A stretch of DNA of 64,000 nt from Neodothiora populina (Eukaryota): assembly GCF_041146345.1 (NCBI RefSeq), contig NW_027191404.1, positions 620,001 to 684,000 on the forward strand, read 5' to 3'. The position numbers were made by a program, and so were the translations under genes. The notes under the pieces are model-generated. The model was not told the DNA's origin. It saw only the letters and a program-made list of their open reading frames with translations, and made no database searches. Below are positions 48,903-60,606 of the stretch, piece by piece. Numbering within the stretch: position 1 is the first letter of the stretch; each line of letters opens with the position of its first letter.

Positions 48903-50297
48903 ATGGCGCTTCCCACCGATCTGAATGCCTTGTTCCTGACATTCAATTGCGCTCGCACCCCCATCAACACTGAATACTTTGCCGCTAGTATCGCGCAGAG
49001 CCTGTCGAGTCAACTGCCACCCGACCTGATCGTCTTGTCTCTGCAAGAGATTGCGCCCATAAGCTGCTCCTTCCTCGGCGGCTCCTTCCTCGCTCCCTAT
49101 CTCGATCGCTTCGCTGTCGCCGTCAACCAAGCTGCAGGAGCATCGCGTCACAACGGCTCTTCTACCCGATACGAGCAAGTGCTCGGCAGTAACCTGGGCA
49201 TGACGGCCATCATTCTACTAGCCAGACCAGAAGTCGCCTCGAGTATCAATTGGGTAGAAACAGGAGGAACCGGCACGGGACTATGGGAGATGGGAAACAA
49301 GGGCGCTGTCGGGGCCAGGCTGGGTTACACTCCGTCGGTGGGATCGGACGAGGTCATCCTGACTTTTGTTGCTGCCCATCTCGCGCCAATGGAAGAGAAC
49401 TGCGAGCGAAGAAACCAGGACTGGAAGTCCATCAACGAGAATCTCGTCTTCGGCCGCGTGCCCCAAGTCATAGACGCCAGGACGAAAGCCATCAAAGACC
49501 CCAACGAAGAGATGGAGCCTCTGCTGTCATCCGCGACCGACGGGGGCTCCGGGCCCGCAGTCGCCGTAGTCCACACCCTCATCAGTTCGACCTCGCACAC
49601 TTTCTTCGGCGGCGACTTGAACTACCGCACATCAGACACAAAGCCCCATCCAGACGACCACCTCTCGTGGCCGAAACGAGACGCCCCGGCTTCAGACACC
49701 CAACACTACTCCCACTTCCTAGACACCGACCAGCTATCGCGCGAGCGCAACGCAGGCCGCACACTACACCATCTCAACGAAGCCCCGATCGACTTCCCGC
49801 CGACCTACAAATACTCCGAAGCCGCACAAGAACAAGCGCGGCGCGCCGCCAACGCATTGGCCCGGAAAGCCAAACGACGAGGGAGCAACACCTCTCTCGA
49901 AGGACCAGTACACACAGATCTGCTATGGGCGAAACACAGGACGCCGTCATGGTGCGACCGCATCCTCTATCTCGAGCCCCCCTTCGAGGGCACCCAGCCT
50001 AAAGTCAACCTCTACACTTCCCTACCGCTTCAGCCCACTTCAGACCATCAGCCCGTCGCACTGGATTTCTCGGTCCCGCTAAAGGGTCTGCCCAAGAGAC
50101 AGAGCGAGCCCTGGGTCGAGTCTCCGTTTGCGATTCGCCCGCATTGGGAGTCGTACCGAGCGGCGGCCAGGCGGAAGGAGATCGCCGTCGGCGTGGGTGC
50201 CTATCTCGCGTTGACGTGGGAGGGCAGGGCGTTGTTTTTCGGGACGGTGTTGGCTATCATTGGTGCTTGGGCTGCGTTGAGGAGTCTGCTTGCTTGA
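48903..50297 (+). CDS. Inositol polyphosphate 5-phosphatase, tail-anchored (INP54-like)
   Basis: LQE, MGNKGAV, AHL, GDLNYR, FPPTYKY, PSWCDRIL, SDHQPV; hydrophobic C-terminus. Confidence 0.9.
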   Translation: MALPTDLNALFLTFNCARTPINTEYFAASIAQSLSSQLPPDLIVLSLQEIAPISCSFLGGSFLAPYLDRFAVAVNQAAGASRHNGSSTRYEQVLGSNLGMTAIILLARPEVASSINWVETGGTGTGLWEMGNKGAVGARLGYTPSVGSDEVILTFVAAHLAPMEENCERRNQDWKSINENLVFGRVPQVIDARTKAIKDPNEEMEPLLSSATDGGSGPAVAVVHTLISSTSHTFFGGDLNYRTSDTKPHPDDHLSWPKRDAPASDTQHYSHFLDTDQLSRERNAGRTLHHLNEAPIDFPPTYKYSEAAQEQARRAANALARKAKRRGSNTSLEGPVHTDLLWAKHRTPSWCDRILYLEPPFEGTQPKVNLYTSLPLQPTSDHQPVALDFSVPLKGLPKRQSEPWVESPFAIRPHWESYRAAARRKEIAVGVGAYLALTWEGRALFFGTVLAIIGAWAALRSLLA

Positions 50298-50407
50298 GGA
50301 GATGACGCTGCTGAAATTGAATGGAAAGAAAAACAAAACTCAGAGGCGATGGATAATGCAATTATGGATACGCCTGAAGCCCTAAACCATGCACTAACGA
50401 AACACAC

Positions 50408-52473
50408 TCAAGAAGACCTTTCCTGCTTCTCACCTGTCGCTGCTGGTGATGATGATGACGATGAAGAATCCAGCGTCCAACCAGCAAGTCTATAAATGAG
50501 CCCAGCATCATACTCAGGCTGCCGATCATCACCACCCAATGACCCAAGATAATGCGTAATATCCCTGCCATCGCCCTCTCTAACCTCAAACCCATTCCCC
50601 AAGAACGCGAACCGATTCCCCTGGTTCCAATACTCAATCTCAAAATCCTCGTAGCGCGGCGCCTTGAGCAACTCGAGATGATGCACTCTCGAACCCGGAT
50701 ACATGGCGACCTGACCGTGGGTGCGACCCTGCTTGAACCACGACCGACAGGGACTCGTCCACGCCGTGCGCTGCAGGAATAAATCCGCGTGCTGCCGGAA
50801 CTGGCGGCTGACGTCTGCGCGCGGCGCGAGCGACTTGATGCCTTCGATTTGCGCCTTGGTTATGACGGCCTGCATGTACGAGGTCCAGCACTCGATTAGC
50901 GGCATGAAGGAGCCGTGGCCCAGAGGGCCGTAGGGTCCGCAGAAGGTAAAGTGGTTGGGGAAGGAGGGGATCGCGATGCTGAGGTACGAGGTTACGTCTT
51001 GGGACCAGACGTCGCGCAGGTCGTGGCCGTGGGCGATGAAGGGGTAGCGCGGCAGCCAGGAGGTGTCGAAGCCTGTCGCGCAGATTATCACGTCCACGTC
51101 GTGGGCGGCGCCGGTGTGGTCTGTGAAGCCTGTTGCGGTGATGCTGTCGATGGGGTCCGTGAAGACTGTCATGTTTGGCGCCGTGAGTGCTTGGAGGTAT
51201 CCTGGTGCTGGCGTTGGTCGGCGACAGCCTACGTTGAAGTTCTTTGGGATGATCTGGACGCTGTCAGCAGGTACACTTCTTGCTTGATTTTTGGTCTCTG
51301 CTGTGGTGTTGGAGGGATTGCTTGCCTTGTCGACGAGACGAGGGTCATCCTTGAGGTGTCGTTTCATGTCGTCTGACGCCACTCTTCTGGCCTCGTTGGC
51401 CTCGTCTGAGCCCTTCATGATGAAGCCGAATCTCTGGTTCAGCTCGTTCTCGATCTGCTTGCGGTACTCGAGATACGTCTTGGGATCATCTCGCAGCAAG
51501 GCGATCTGCTCTTTGCTGTCTATGACATAGTCTCCCGTCAGCAAGGGACCCTTGATGCGGCCTTGCCACTATGGCGTTTCTTTAGTGTACTTGCATTCGA
51601 AATTACTCCCATCCTTGCCTGCCCATCTGCCTCCGAAGCTGGGCGTCACCCATATTGGCGACCGGCACCAATGGAAGCAATGTTTGACTCTACCGTGAAT
51701 GTTAGAAACAATCTGCACACCACTACTGCCTGCACCGATGACGGCGACACGCTTGCCATCGAGTGGATATCCCTCTTCGTAAGCCGCTGAATGCAAGAGT
51801 TTACCCTTGAAGTCCTTCAGTCCAGGTATATCGGGCCATTTCCAGTTGTTCAGCACACCTCCTGCATTGATGAAGAACTCGGCGCTGTCCTCGAGCGTTT
51901 TCCCCGTGACAAGGTCTTCTATCTGGAGGCGCCATACGCCAGCATCGCTGTCCCATTCTGCTCGCTTGACCTTGTGGCGTAGCTTGATATATTCCCTGAT
52001 GAAGTCGTTTTCCACTTCGATATCTTTGAGGTAGCGCCAGATCTCGGGTGCGTAAGCGTAGAAACGAGACCACGGCTGTATCTTCCTTCCGCAGGTGTCA
52101 GTATCTTCTCTGGCCACGATGGACGCCGAGTGTGTATATACCACGAGAATTGGTAGTTCACGGCTGGCACATCACACGCACAACCTGGGTATCGATTTTC
52201 TAGCCATGTCCCACCAACGTCGTCGTTCTTCTCGTACACGGTAATGTCGACATTCTGGAGCTTGTCTTCGGCTTTCTTCAGGAAGTTGAGCGTCGAGGCT
52301 CCCGCTCCCATCAGTATCACTTTGATCTGTCTTTTCGTACCGTATGGATGTTCTTCTATCCGATATCCGGATTCATCTGTTTGGGGAATGTATGCACCAT
52401 CCCGTTCACTGGTGTCATAGACGTTGGGATCCGCAGCACTGCTATTGGCAGTGGCGTAAACATTGTTAACCAT
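50408..52473 (-). CDS. FAD/NAD(P)H-dependent monooxygenase (BVMO/FMO family)
   Basis: GAGAS, GGTWLENRYPGCACD, FKGKLLHSAAY, GAGSSG, GCRRPTP, DVIICATGF; introns 52141..52086 (GT-AG), 51594..51520 and 51325..51254 (predicted GC-AG). Confidence 0.9.
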
Positions 52474-54016
52474 ACTAAAGTAGTAAGGTCCGAATCACTG
52501 AATTACGATTTCAAGCCTGAGACGAGCTGCCTTCTAGTATCCCTGCAAATCGACCATTTCACACAACGAAGGCAGGTGTCGGTCCAAGAACCTTACTGGG
52601 ACGGTACACGAAAGGAACCATTGCGGGAAATAGTGCTCCCTTTATACTGTGAGGAGCTGAAATCCTTCGAGGCTGGCAGACCTGCAATGCGAATGTGCAT
52701 GTACTACTGCCTACTTCTGACTACAGTCATGCTGATACAGTACCGTAGAGTACAATACTCGTGTGCAACAAAAAGTTCAACCCGAGGTCCCTGGAACGGT
52801 GATAGGCTAAACGATACGGAATGCGGAGAGGCGGGCAAGGCGGGGTTACAGCGCAACGATCAATATCGAAACCAACGGGTGTAGGGGCCGAGAGTCTGTC
52901 TCACTCTCCAACACTGACACAATACGTGCAGGGCTGGAGTGAAGAGTGTCCCGGGTCGACACAGAGGCAGTAAAGTGTTTTTCTTGAGATTTCAAGACAC
53001 ACAATGTCAGAACGTCTCATTTGATCGGCGTTGATCAGTGCGCTGTGGAGATCAGGCGCACGAGCATCTAGTACGGTGACCAAGGTGGTGAATCGCATGC
53101 TGTGACGAGTGTGAATACCTCCAAAAAATAGAAGCATGCGAGCCATGATCTTCGGTAGAAAGGACATCCAAGATACAGAGGGCCGCGCAGTCGCTCTGTC
53201 AGGATAATGGTGGATGTCCTTTAAGCTGTGCTGTCAGCTTTGCAGTGTCCTGCACTGCAGTCGAGCAGTACATTGTACCCACCTATATGGCGACAGCACA
53301 TGCATCCCTGTGATCGCGCATGCTGCATAAGACAAGATGATGATCAAGGTAACCTTTCCTCAAGGTAATGATTGTGGATGTAGTCGATGGTGTGTGCCTA
53401 GTAGTAGCCGTGGCCTCAGCCTCGCACGATTCGGCCGTTGCATGACGACTGTGATGATGACTCGCTCCCTCGGTCACACTTGTACAGTAATACCACCTGC
53501 CCTGCTGCTGAGGTACGCCCACGCAGAGTCTGCGACTGTGATAGTTGGACTCCTGCCAATTGATGCTATCCCCATGCACCAAGCGACAGGGTGTCATCTT
53601 CGGATGAGACGAGAAAGACGGGTTTAGCCAATCCCCGTGGGTGTTAGTGTTATGTTTGAAGCTCTCCACAATTGTAGACAAAGCGTAGACAAAGCTCATT
53701 TCATTTCCACCGCGACATTGCTATCTTCCCCCAGGCATCGACTGCGAGATCTCGACCCTCGAACAGTCTGGCAATGAGCACTGAATCAGCAGCTCCATAG
53801 CAGCCACAATCCACTCGCCGCCAGTCTCACCACCATCACAGGAAATAGTAATCCCAATGCTGCTGACAGTCGCTGCCACCAGCATATACGCTGCATCATC
53901 GCCCGCTGCCTAGAGGAAGAAAGGAATCTGTTATAACTGGAAAGAGCCGATCGCTGCCGAACCACGTATGCGACCGTCTTGTCGCCTGCTGAACCAAGAG
54001 GGGGATTCCCACAACA

Positions 54017-57000
54017 ATGTCTAGTCCATTCCGCAGACAGAGCCTGGCCGGTCAGCAGGACCACCATCCAGGGAGGACGACTCACGATCAGGGACAAGCA
54101 CAGTATAGGAATCATGGACAAGGACATGCACATGGACCAGGGCACGGTGGATACATGAATGGACATGGACAAGGACAAGGACAAGGACAAGGACAAGGAC
54201 TTGCAGCCGCGCGCGAAGGAGATTCTTCTGCCACTGCTGCCACTGCTACTCCTGCCGGCTACGGCGGCGGCGCCTATCGTGGTGGAGGCCCGGTCCAGCA
54301 ACCTCAGTCTCCTCCCTCGCAACCCATGCCTCGCAGTGCTTCCTATCACGCCTTTGGTCAGCAGAACTCATATCAGCCCATCAGTCAAAGTTATCGTCCT
54401 GCCTCGTACAATCCCCAGGAATATGCCAATTCCACTTCCGCCGCCCCTCCCACCCCCGTCACCACCCGACCGGTCTTGCCATACCCTGTCCATCGCGTGT
54501 CCAATGCCGCCCAGAACACGTATAATCCTGCAGACTATGCGACACCCACCTTGCGCTCTCCAGCGTCACCGCGCTTCTACTATTCCCAGCCACCGTATTC
54601 GCCCACGAACTATGTCCCGTCGCCCCCTGTCCCTCCGCGTCCGGACACAACTGCATATAGGCAACCCAGCCCGCAGCTCCACTATTCGTATCCCTCGCCT
54701 GCTACGTCTCCTTCAGGCATGTCGCACAGTCTATCCACTTCAAGACCTCACTCGCAGTCGCAGCCTCCGCCTCCGCCTCCTCCAGAACATTCGTACATCG
54801 GGAGCACTTACCCCCGCGCTTCGTTCCCCTCGCAGCCCTCAGATGGCATCTCATACTCGACACTGCCTGGTATCGCTCCCCAGGAGCTCCGTATGCCCAG
54901 TCCTCCACCTCATTCGGCCTTCAACATATCCTGCAACCAAAATCGCCCCGAGTATCCTTCCGTCTCACCTGTGCAGTCTTCTCGCCAGCTGCCATCCCCA
55001 CCGCCGCCCCCTCCTCCCGTTCACGGCTCACCTCAGCGGTCCAATACCTTGCGACATCCACAGCTGAGACCGTTGCCTGGACCCCCGCCTGATGAGATCC
55101 AGCCGGACTTTGGCGCCGAGTATTTCCTCCAGCGTCCACACCACGGGCTTAGAGACGATTATGTCACGGATGCGGAAGCACAGGACGATCTATTCAATCA
55201 GGTCGAGACTGCCGTCCTGAATGCGGGCAGGGCCTCGAGCGCCAGGAGACATAGCCCTCGCGTTGATATTGATGATTATGATTCTGCCGGTCAGCCGCCG
55301 CCTCTGTTCTCGCCCCCCTGAACGGCAGCAACTCGATGGATCTGCTATTCCCGAATCGCGCGTCCGTCGGCGACATATTGAACGAATACAGCGACAACGA
55401 CTTCGAGGATGACGAGGACGCGGAAGCCCTAGCCGGTCTAGAGGCAATGCGCATGGCCGAGGAGCAAGATGCTATAGAAGCTGCCCGACGGGCAAGTGCC
55501 ATGTCCGGGAACCTCGGCGCACAGAACTCTCTGAGATATCGCGGCGATCCGGACCCTGGAGTCGGAGGAGATGAGGACGACTTTGCTGGCGTCGACATGA
55601 GCACTTTAGGCGGAGGCTACGATGCGCATCTCTTCTACGGGGCTAGCCCAGGTGCCGACGGGGCAGGAGCAGGTCCCCCGAGCATTCAACCGTCAAACCA
55701 CAGCTCTCAACGCTCTGCGGCAAGATCGCACGCTTCCAGCGACCCCAACACCCGTGATGGCTCGTACGATCCATCACTATTGGTACGTCAGAGCCTCCCC
55801 CCTGACGCTCGAGTCGATGTCGGCGGTGGGACGGGTGGTCTCACTGTGCCCATCCGCCGACCCAGTTATGATGAGGGCGATGAGTACACTCTGATGGATG
55901 ACTACTCGCGATCGTGGGAGCCCCCGGATCTCTTCTTCCACCCCGAACCGACTGCTACATCGCATCGACCTCTACCGCCACCGCCTCTATCCTCGACGGA
56001 CTCGATGCCCCAATTAGATACACATTTCGACGCAACACCTTTGGCGCCAATAAATCCCCCTTATCCCGTAGGACCCGCAGGATATGAGCGTTCTACCACC
56101 GAGCCCGACACTTGGGTTCCAAGATCTGCCTCGCTGATCAATCGCGAGCCAGCGCCCATAATCCAACCTATTCGAAGCAAGACTGATGCAGAAGAACGGG
56201 GGAGGGCAAAGCCTGGATACAGATCATCCATCTATTCCGCCTTTGATGCAACGCCGACGACAAGTATCGTAGCCGTAGACCTACCAAGCCTTCCTACAAA
56301 ACGATTCGTCCCAGCCAAACTAGGCAACGCCGACTTCAAGAAGTGCGAGGAGCCATGGGCGCTTTCGTCATTACTGCGCTGGTTGCTTCTTGTCGCAGAA
56401 CCCGAAAAGCTTGCCGAACTGAAGGAAGCAATGGTCAAGGATGCTTTGGTGGCCTTATTTACCAACAAAGTGCCCACAATGAACATAGCTGACGCCGAGA
56501 CACTGAGCAATCGTGTGGTCGATGAAATGTACGCTGCAGGTACCTTGACCAAGAACGAAGAATGGGTGAAACTGACCCCAGGAGAGATGAGTGGCGTCAT
56601 CTTCCAACTGACCATGGCTGGTTGTTACGCCCACAGCGTTCATAATCACATCATACCAGGCAGATGCTATTCCCATCATTGTCAGCGTACACTGAAGAAG
56701 GTCAACTTACAAGCCCTAGGCAGAGGAGTGACCGAGGACTGGGCGACCTATCATCGCATCAAGAAGGAAGACGTTGAAGGTCGCGACAAGAAAGAGATTG
56801 AGCTGCAGAACAACTTGCACGAGATCATCCAATCCGAGGATACCTACATGGAAAACTTGGACGTTCTGATCAAACTCTACCGGGACAAGCTCAGCCACGC
56901 AGAGCCGTCTATCATCAATCCTAAGAGGTTGAAAAAGTTCATCAACGAAGTCTTCGGGAAGATCGAAGCGGTCAGAAAGGCGAACGAGGAGCATCTGCTA

Positions 57001-59433
57001 CCACAACTCAAATACAGGCAAATGGAACAGGGTCCTTGGATCAAAGGCTTCAGCGATATCTTCCGACAATGGATCCGAAAGGCCAAGACTGCATACATCG
57101 AATATGCTGCTGGCTTCCCCAACGCCAGTCTTTTGATGAGACATGAAATCGAGCGTAATCTCCAGTTCCGAACTTTTGTTGATGATGCTCGTGCCCATAA
57201 AATGTCTAACAAATTGGGATGGGATAACTTCATCAAAGCACCCATCACTCGACTGCAGCGCTACTCACTTCTGCTACAGACTGTGCACAAGAACATGAAA
57301 CAAGAATCTGAGGAGAAGAACAACTTGCATACCGCCATCGACGAGATCAGAGCCGTCACACTAGAGTGTGACCATCGTGTAGCTGAAGAACAAGCCAAGG
57401 TTGACCTTGCAGATCTGAACCAGAAGCTTGTTCTTCGACCCAGCATGCAACACGAGGTTGAATTGAATCTGGACTACCTTGGAAGGGAGATCGTCTTCAG
57501 AGGCGACCTGCAGCGTGCTGGTCAAACTCGCCTGAGCTGGGTCGACACGCATGCTATCTTGTTCGACCATTACCTGGTCCTGGCCAAGGTTGTCTCCGGT
57601 CTTCAAAAGGGTACAGGTAGCAAGATAGAGAGATATGACGTTTCACGCTTGGTAGGTTTGAGCACGCGGAGATGGCGACTCGATCGATTCTGATGCTAAT
57701 TATGTTGAAGCCTATTCCAATGGACCTGTTGGTTCTCGAGACACCCACCGAAGATGCAGTCGTCAAGTCTTCCTATGTCAGGGGTATCACATCAGTAACT
57801 CCTGTCCCATCCAAAAACTCAGCTAGCCCAGATCCCAGCAGGATAGGACGTTCAGGGTCAGGTTTGCCTCGTGCAGATTCACTTCAGCAACTCCCGACCA
57901 GCTCGTCAATGGCAAATCTGACGACGATTGCATCAAACACATCCGCAAAGATCGCTGGTCCAACGATTCTTGAGGGCCCCAAAGACTCAGAAAAGATCAT
58001 GTACCCATTCAGAGTGCATCACTTGGGCAAAGAGGTGTATACTCTATTTGCACCGACAGCCGCCAACCGTAATGATTGGTGCAACAAGATAGTCGAAGCT
58101 AAGACAAAGCACGCCGCGGCATTGTATGCACAAAACGCCGAGCCTCTTCGACTCAAGGTCATGGCCGACTCCGCCTTCTACTATGAGACATACTCGGGCT
58201 CTAACGGCACCTCGAAACCGGTCATCATCAAGGGAACCCCTATTGACAGAGCTATCAAGGAAGTGGAACACAGATTCAAGGACAGCGGACGGCCGGCACC
58301 CATCTGCAGAGCTCGTGTCAACTGTGCCACCAGCTTCACGACTCCTTATCCCGGAAAGCACATGGTTGCTGTAGGCACAGACTTTGGCGTTTTCGTCAGT
58401 GAGATGGATAATCCAAGGGGATGGTCTCGGGTGAGTGATCCTTTAGTATCCTGGTCGTTCCATATTCTGACAGCAACCACAGGCGATCACGCAGCAGAAG
58501 GTCACGCAGATAGCCGTCCTCGAGGAGTTCAGTCTTTGTGTTCTGCTAGCCGACAAGTCACTTATTGCGTATCACCTTGACGCAATATGCCCCACGGACC
58601 GAGCGCTCAATGGTGGCAACAATGATTCTGCCCGGAAAGCACCCCAGAAGCTTTCCGGAAGTCGCGACGTGGGCTTTTTCGCCGTGGGCCGCATGAAGGA
58701 CAGGACACTTGTCTTCTATAAGAAGCGAGAGGGTGTCTCGTCAATCTTCAAGGTTCTGGAGCCTGTCTACCAGAAGACCACCGAGAAGAAGCGTGGTGTT
58801 TTCAAAAGGGGAACGACGGAGTTCTTCCGTGACTACGATGATTTCTACGTGCCGACCGAATGCACAGGAATCAACTTGTTCCACAACAGTCTGGCGGTCA
58901 GCACAGATAGAGGCTTCGAAGTCCTGACTCTCGACAAGAAGCAGCCCTGGGGCGTGCCGGATTGGAAGGCACCGGAAGTCGCAAACATCGCTACACATGT
59001 CGAAAAGCAGACAACCTTGGGGATGCTCCGCCTCAATGAACAAGAGTTCCTCCTATGCTACGAGAAGTGCGCGGTTTACGTCAACAAGCACGGCGAGGTC
59101 TGCAGATCGGTGGTGATGAATTTCGTGGCACGGGCAAGGAGCGCTGCACTCTACGGTCCTTACCTGATCCTCTTTGACACTGATTTCGTCGAGATCAGGA
59201 ATGCACAGAACGGCCGACTAAAGCAGATCATTGCGGGCAGAGACATCAAGTGCTTGGACGATGGCGGCGGCGGTACCATCAGCGGCGGTAGTACAAATAC
59301 GGCGGTCGTCAATGGCGTTCCTACAGGCCTTGGCGCGGCGAGCAGGACTGTCAAGGTTGTCATGCAGCATCCTGAGCTTGAGCGCACCCAGATCGTCGTC
59401 GAGCTGGTTCTCAACGATATTGCCAAGGACTAG
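54017..59433 (+). CDS. Rho1 guanine nucleotide exchange factor (DH-PH-CNH), Tus1/Rgf3-like, with an apparent 1-nt frameshift at 55313-55318
   Basis: Pro-rich N-terminus; DH domain (HEIIQSEDTY...KAPITRLQRYSLLL); PH (LFDHYLVLAK, PIPMDLL); CNH (QIAVLEEF, PQKLSG, FVEIRNAQNGRLKQII); introns 57652-57710 and 58431-58482; no DEP domain evident. Confidence 0.85.
54168..54200 (+). repeat. (GGACAA)n hexamer repeat encoding Gly-Gln
   Basis: About 5.5 perfect copies read directly. Confidence 0.85.
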
Positions 59434-60606
59434 GACAATTACCCAAGTGTTTGGATAACGCGTGGGTAGATAGAGGATGTTGCAAATAAGGCATGTGTTT
59501 GTAATGAAGGGGCGGGGGGTTTGTTCGCCAGGGATCTTTTTTCTTTTGGGTATACCATTCCGCGTTTGCATAGGAGCGAGACTTCTTCGTGCGAGTCAAA
59601 GCGCAGCCCATTGAGTCACCGAGTGATGAGATAGCATATATAAAACTTCATTGGCATCACGCGTTACCTATCGTGTCTTCCCCATTGACAGCTCACGTTT
59701 TCGTCGGTCTCCCCGCACTCGTGGAGGGCTAACCAATCGCTAAACCGTACTCGTATCTCGCTCACAAGACTTCGCTCAATTCTGTCGTCAGACAAGATGA
59801 CAGTAAGACCACTATCTTGATCGAGGTGATGCCAAACGCCTTGTCGACGGTTCGAGAACCAGGTGGCGAAGCAGTCGTAGGATCACCTTGTGGAGCAATT
59901 GGTCAATATCGTGACCTTTATCTATGCCCAGAGGCCTCCAAGATGGAGCGAAGACTAGGCGTTTACCATTCTAGCGGAAGTGCTCACACAGCCCGTGCAG
60001 GAACGATCTTCTTACGCGAGAACATCTTGCACGAGAGATACAATGCAGGAAACGTCGTGGAGGCCATAGATAAACTTCATTGCTTGTACCTGGTTCCGCC
60101 GAACACGTTGATTTGAACGCCGATCTTTCGGTCGTGTGCGAAATAATCGACACATCCAACGAGATACCGTCTTCAACGATTGGACGATGGTCTGATTAAG
60201 GCCTGCGCCGTGAGTCTGTTCTCCCCCAGAGAGCCTCTTGGTCTACTTGGCAGGATGCACAACGTCCCTTGGCAAAGTCACCACTCCGCACCCATTTCTG
60301 TTGCCTGCATGGCAAAAACAGGCGATCGCAACTGTATTCTGCTGTACAAGCCATCGTGACCGCTATATCCCGACGGTAAGCGGTGCTGAGTTACTGATAA
60401 AGGTAACTTTTTAGGGTTACTTGGGCCTAACAATGTTGTGGTGTCACATCAACCCTGCCACATTGGCACCCACCGGTTGTACCGTATCAGTACGATGAAA
60501 TTGTTTTCTGCCTCGGTCGCCAATATATATAATGCTCCGCTCTCCATGCGATGGCATACGTGTGTCATTCGAGTCTACGGCTACTGTTTTTTCTTAGTTC
60601 GAAAAT

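Noticed and set aside
49250..50002. 250-aa Arg-rich ORF
   Set aside because: Alternate-frame shadow within the inositol 5-phosphatase gene.
54159..55067. 302-aa alternate-frame ORF starting MDMDKDKDK
   Set aside because: Shadow frame of the low-complexity Pro-rich RhoGEF N-terminus.
59817..60159. Short ORFs between the RhoGEF and the permease
   Set aside because: No motif support; plausible permease promoter region.
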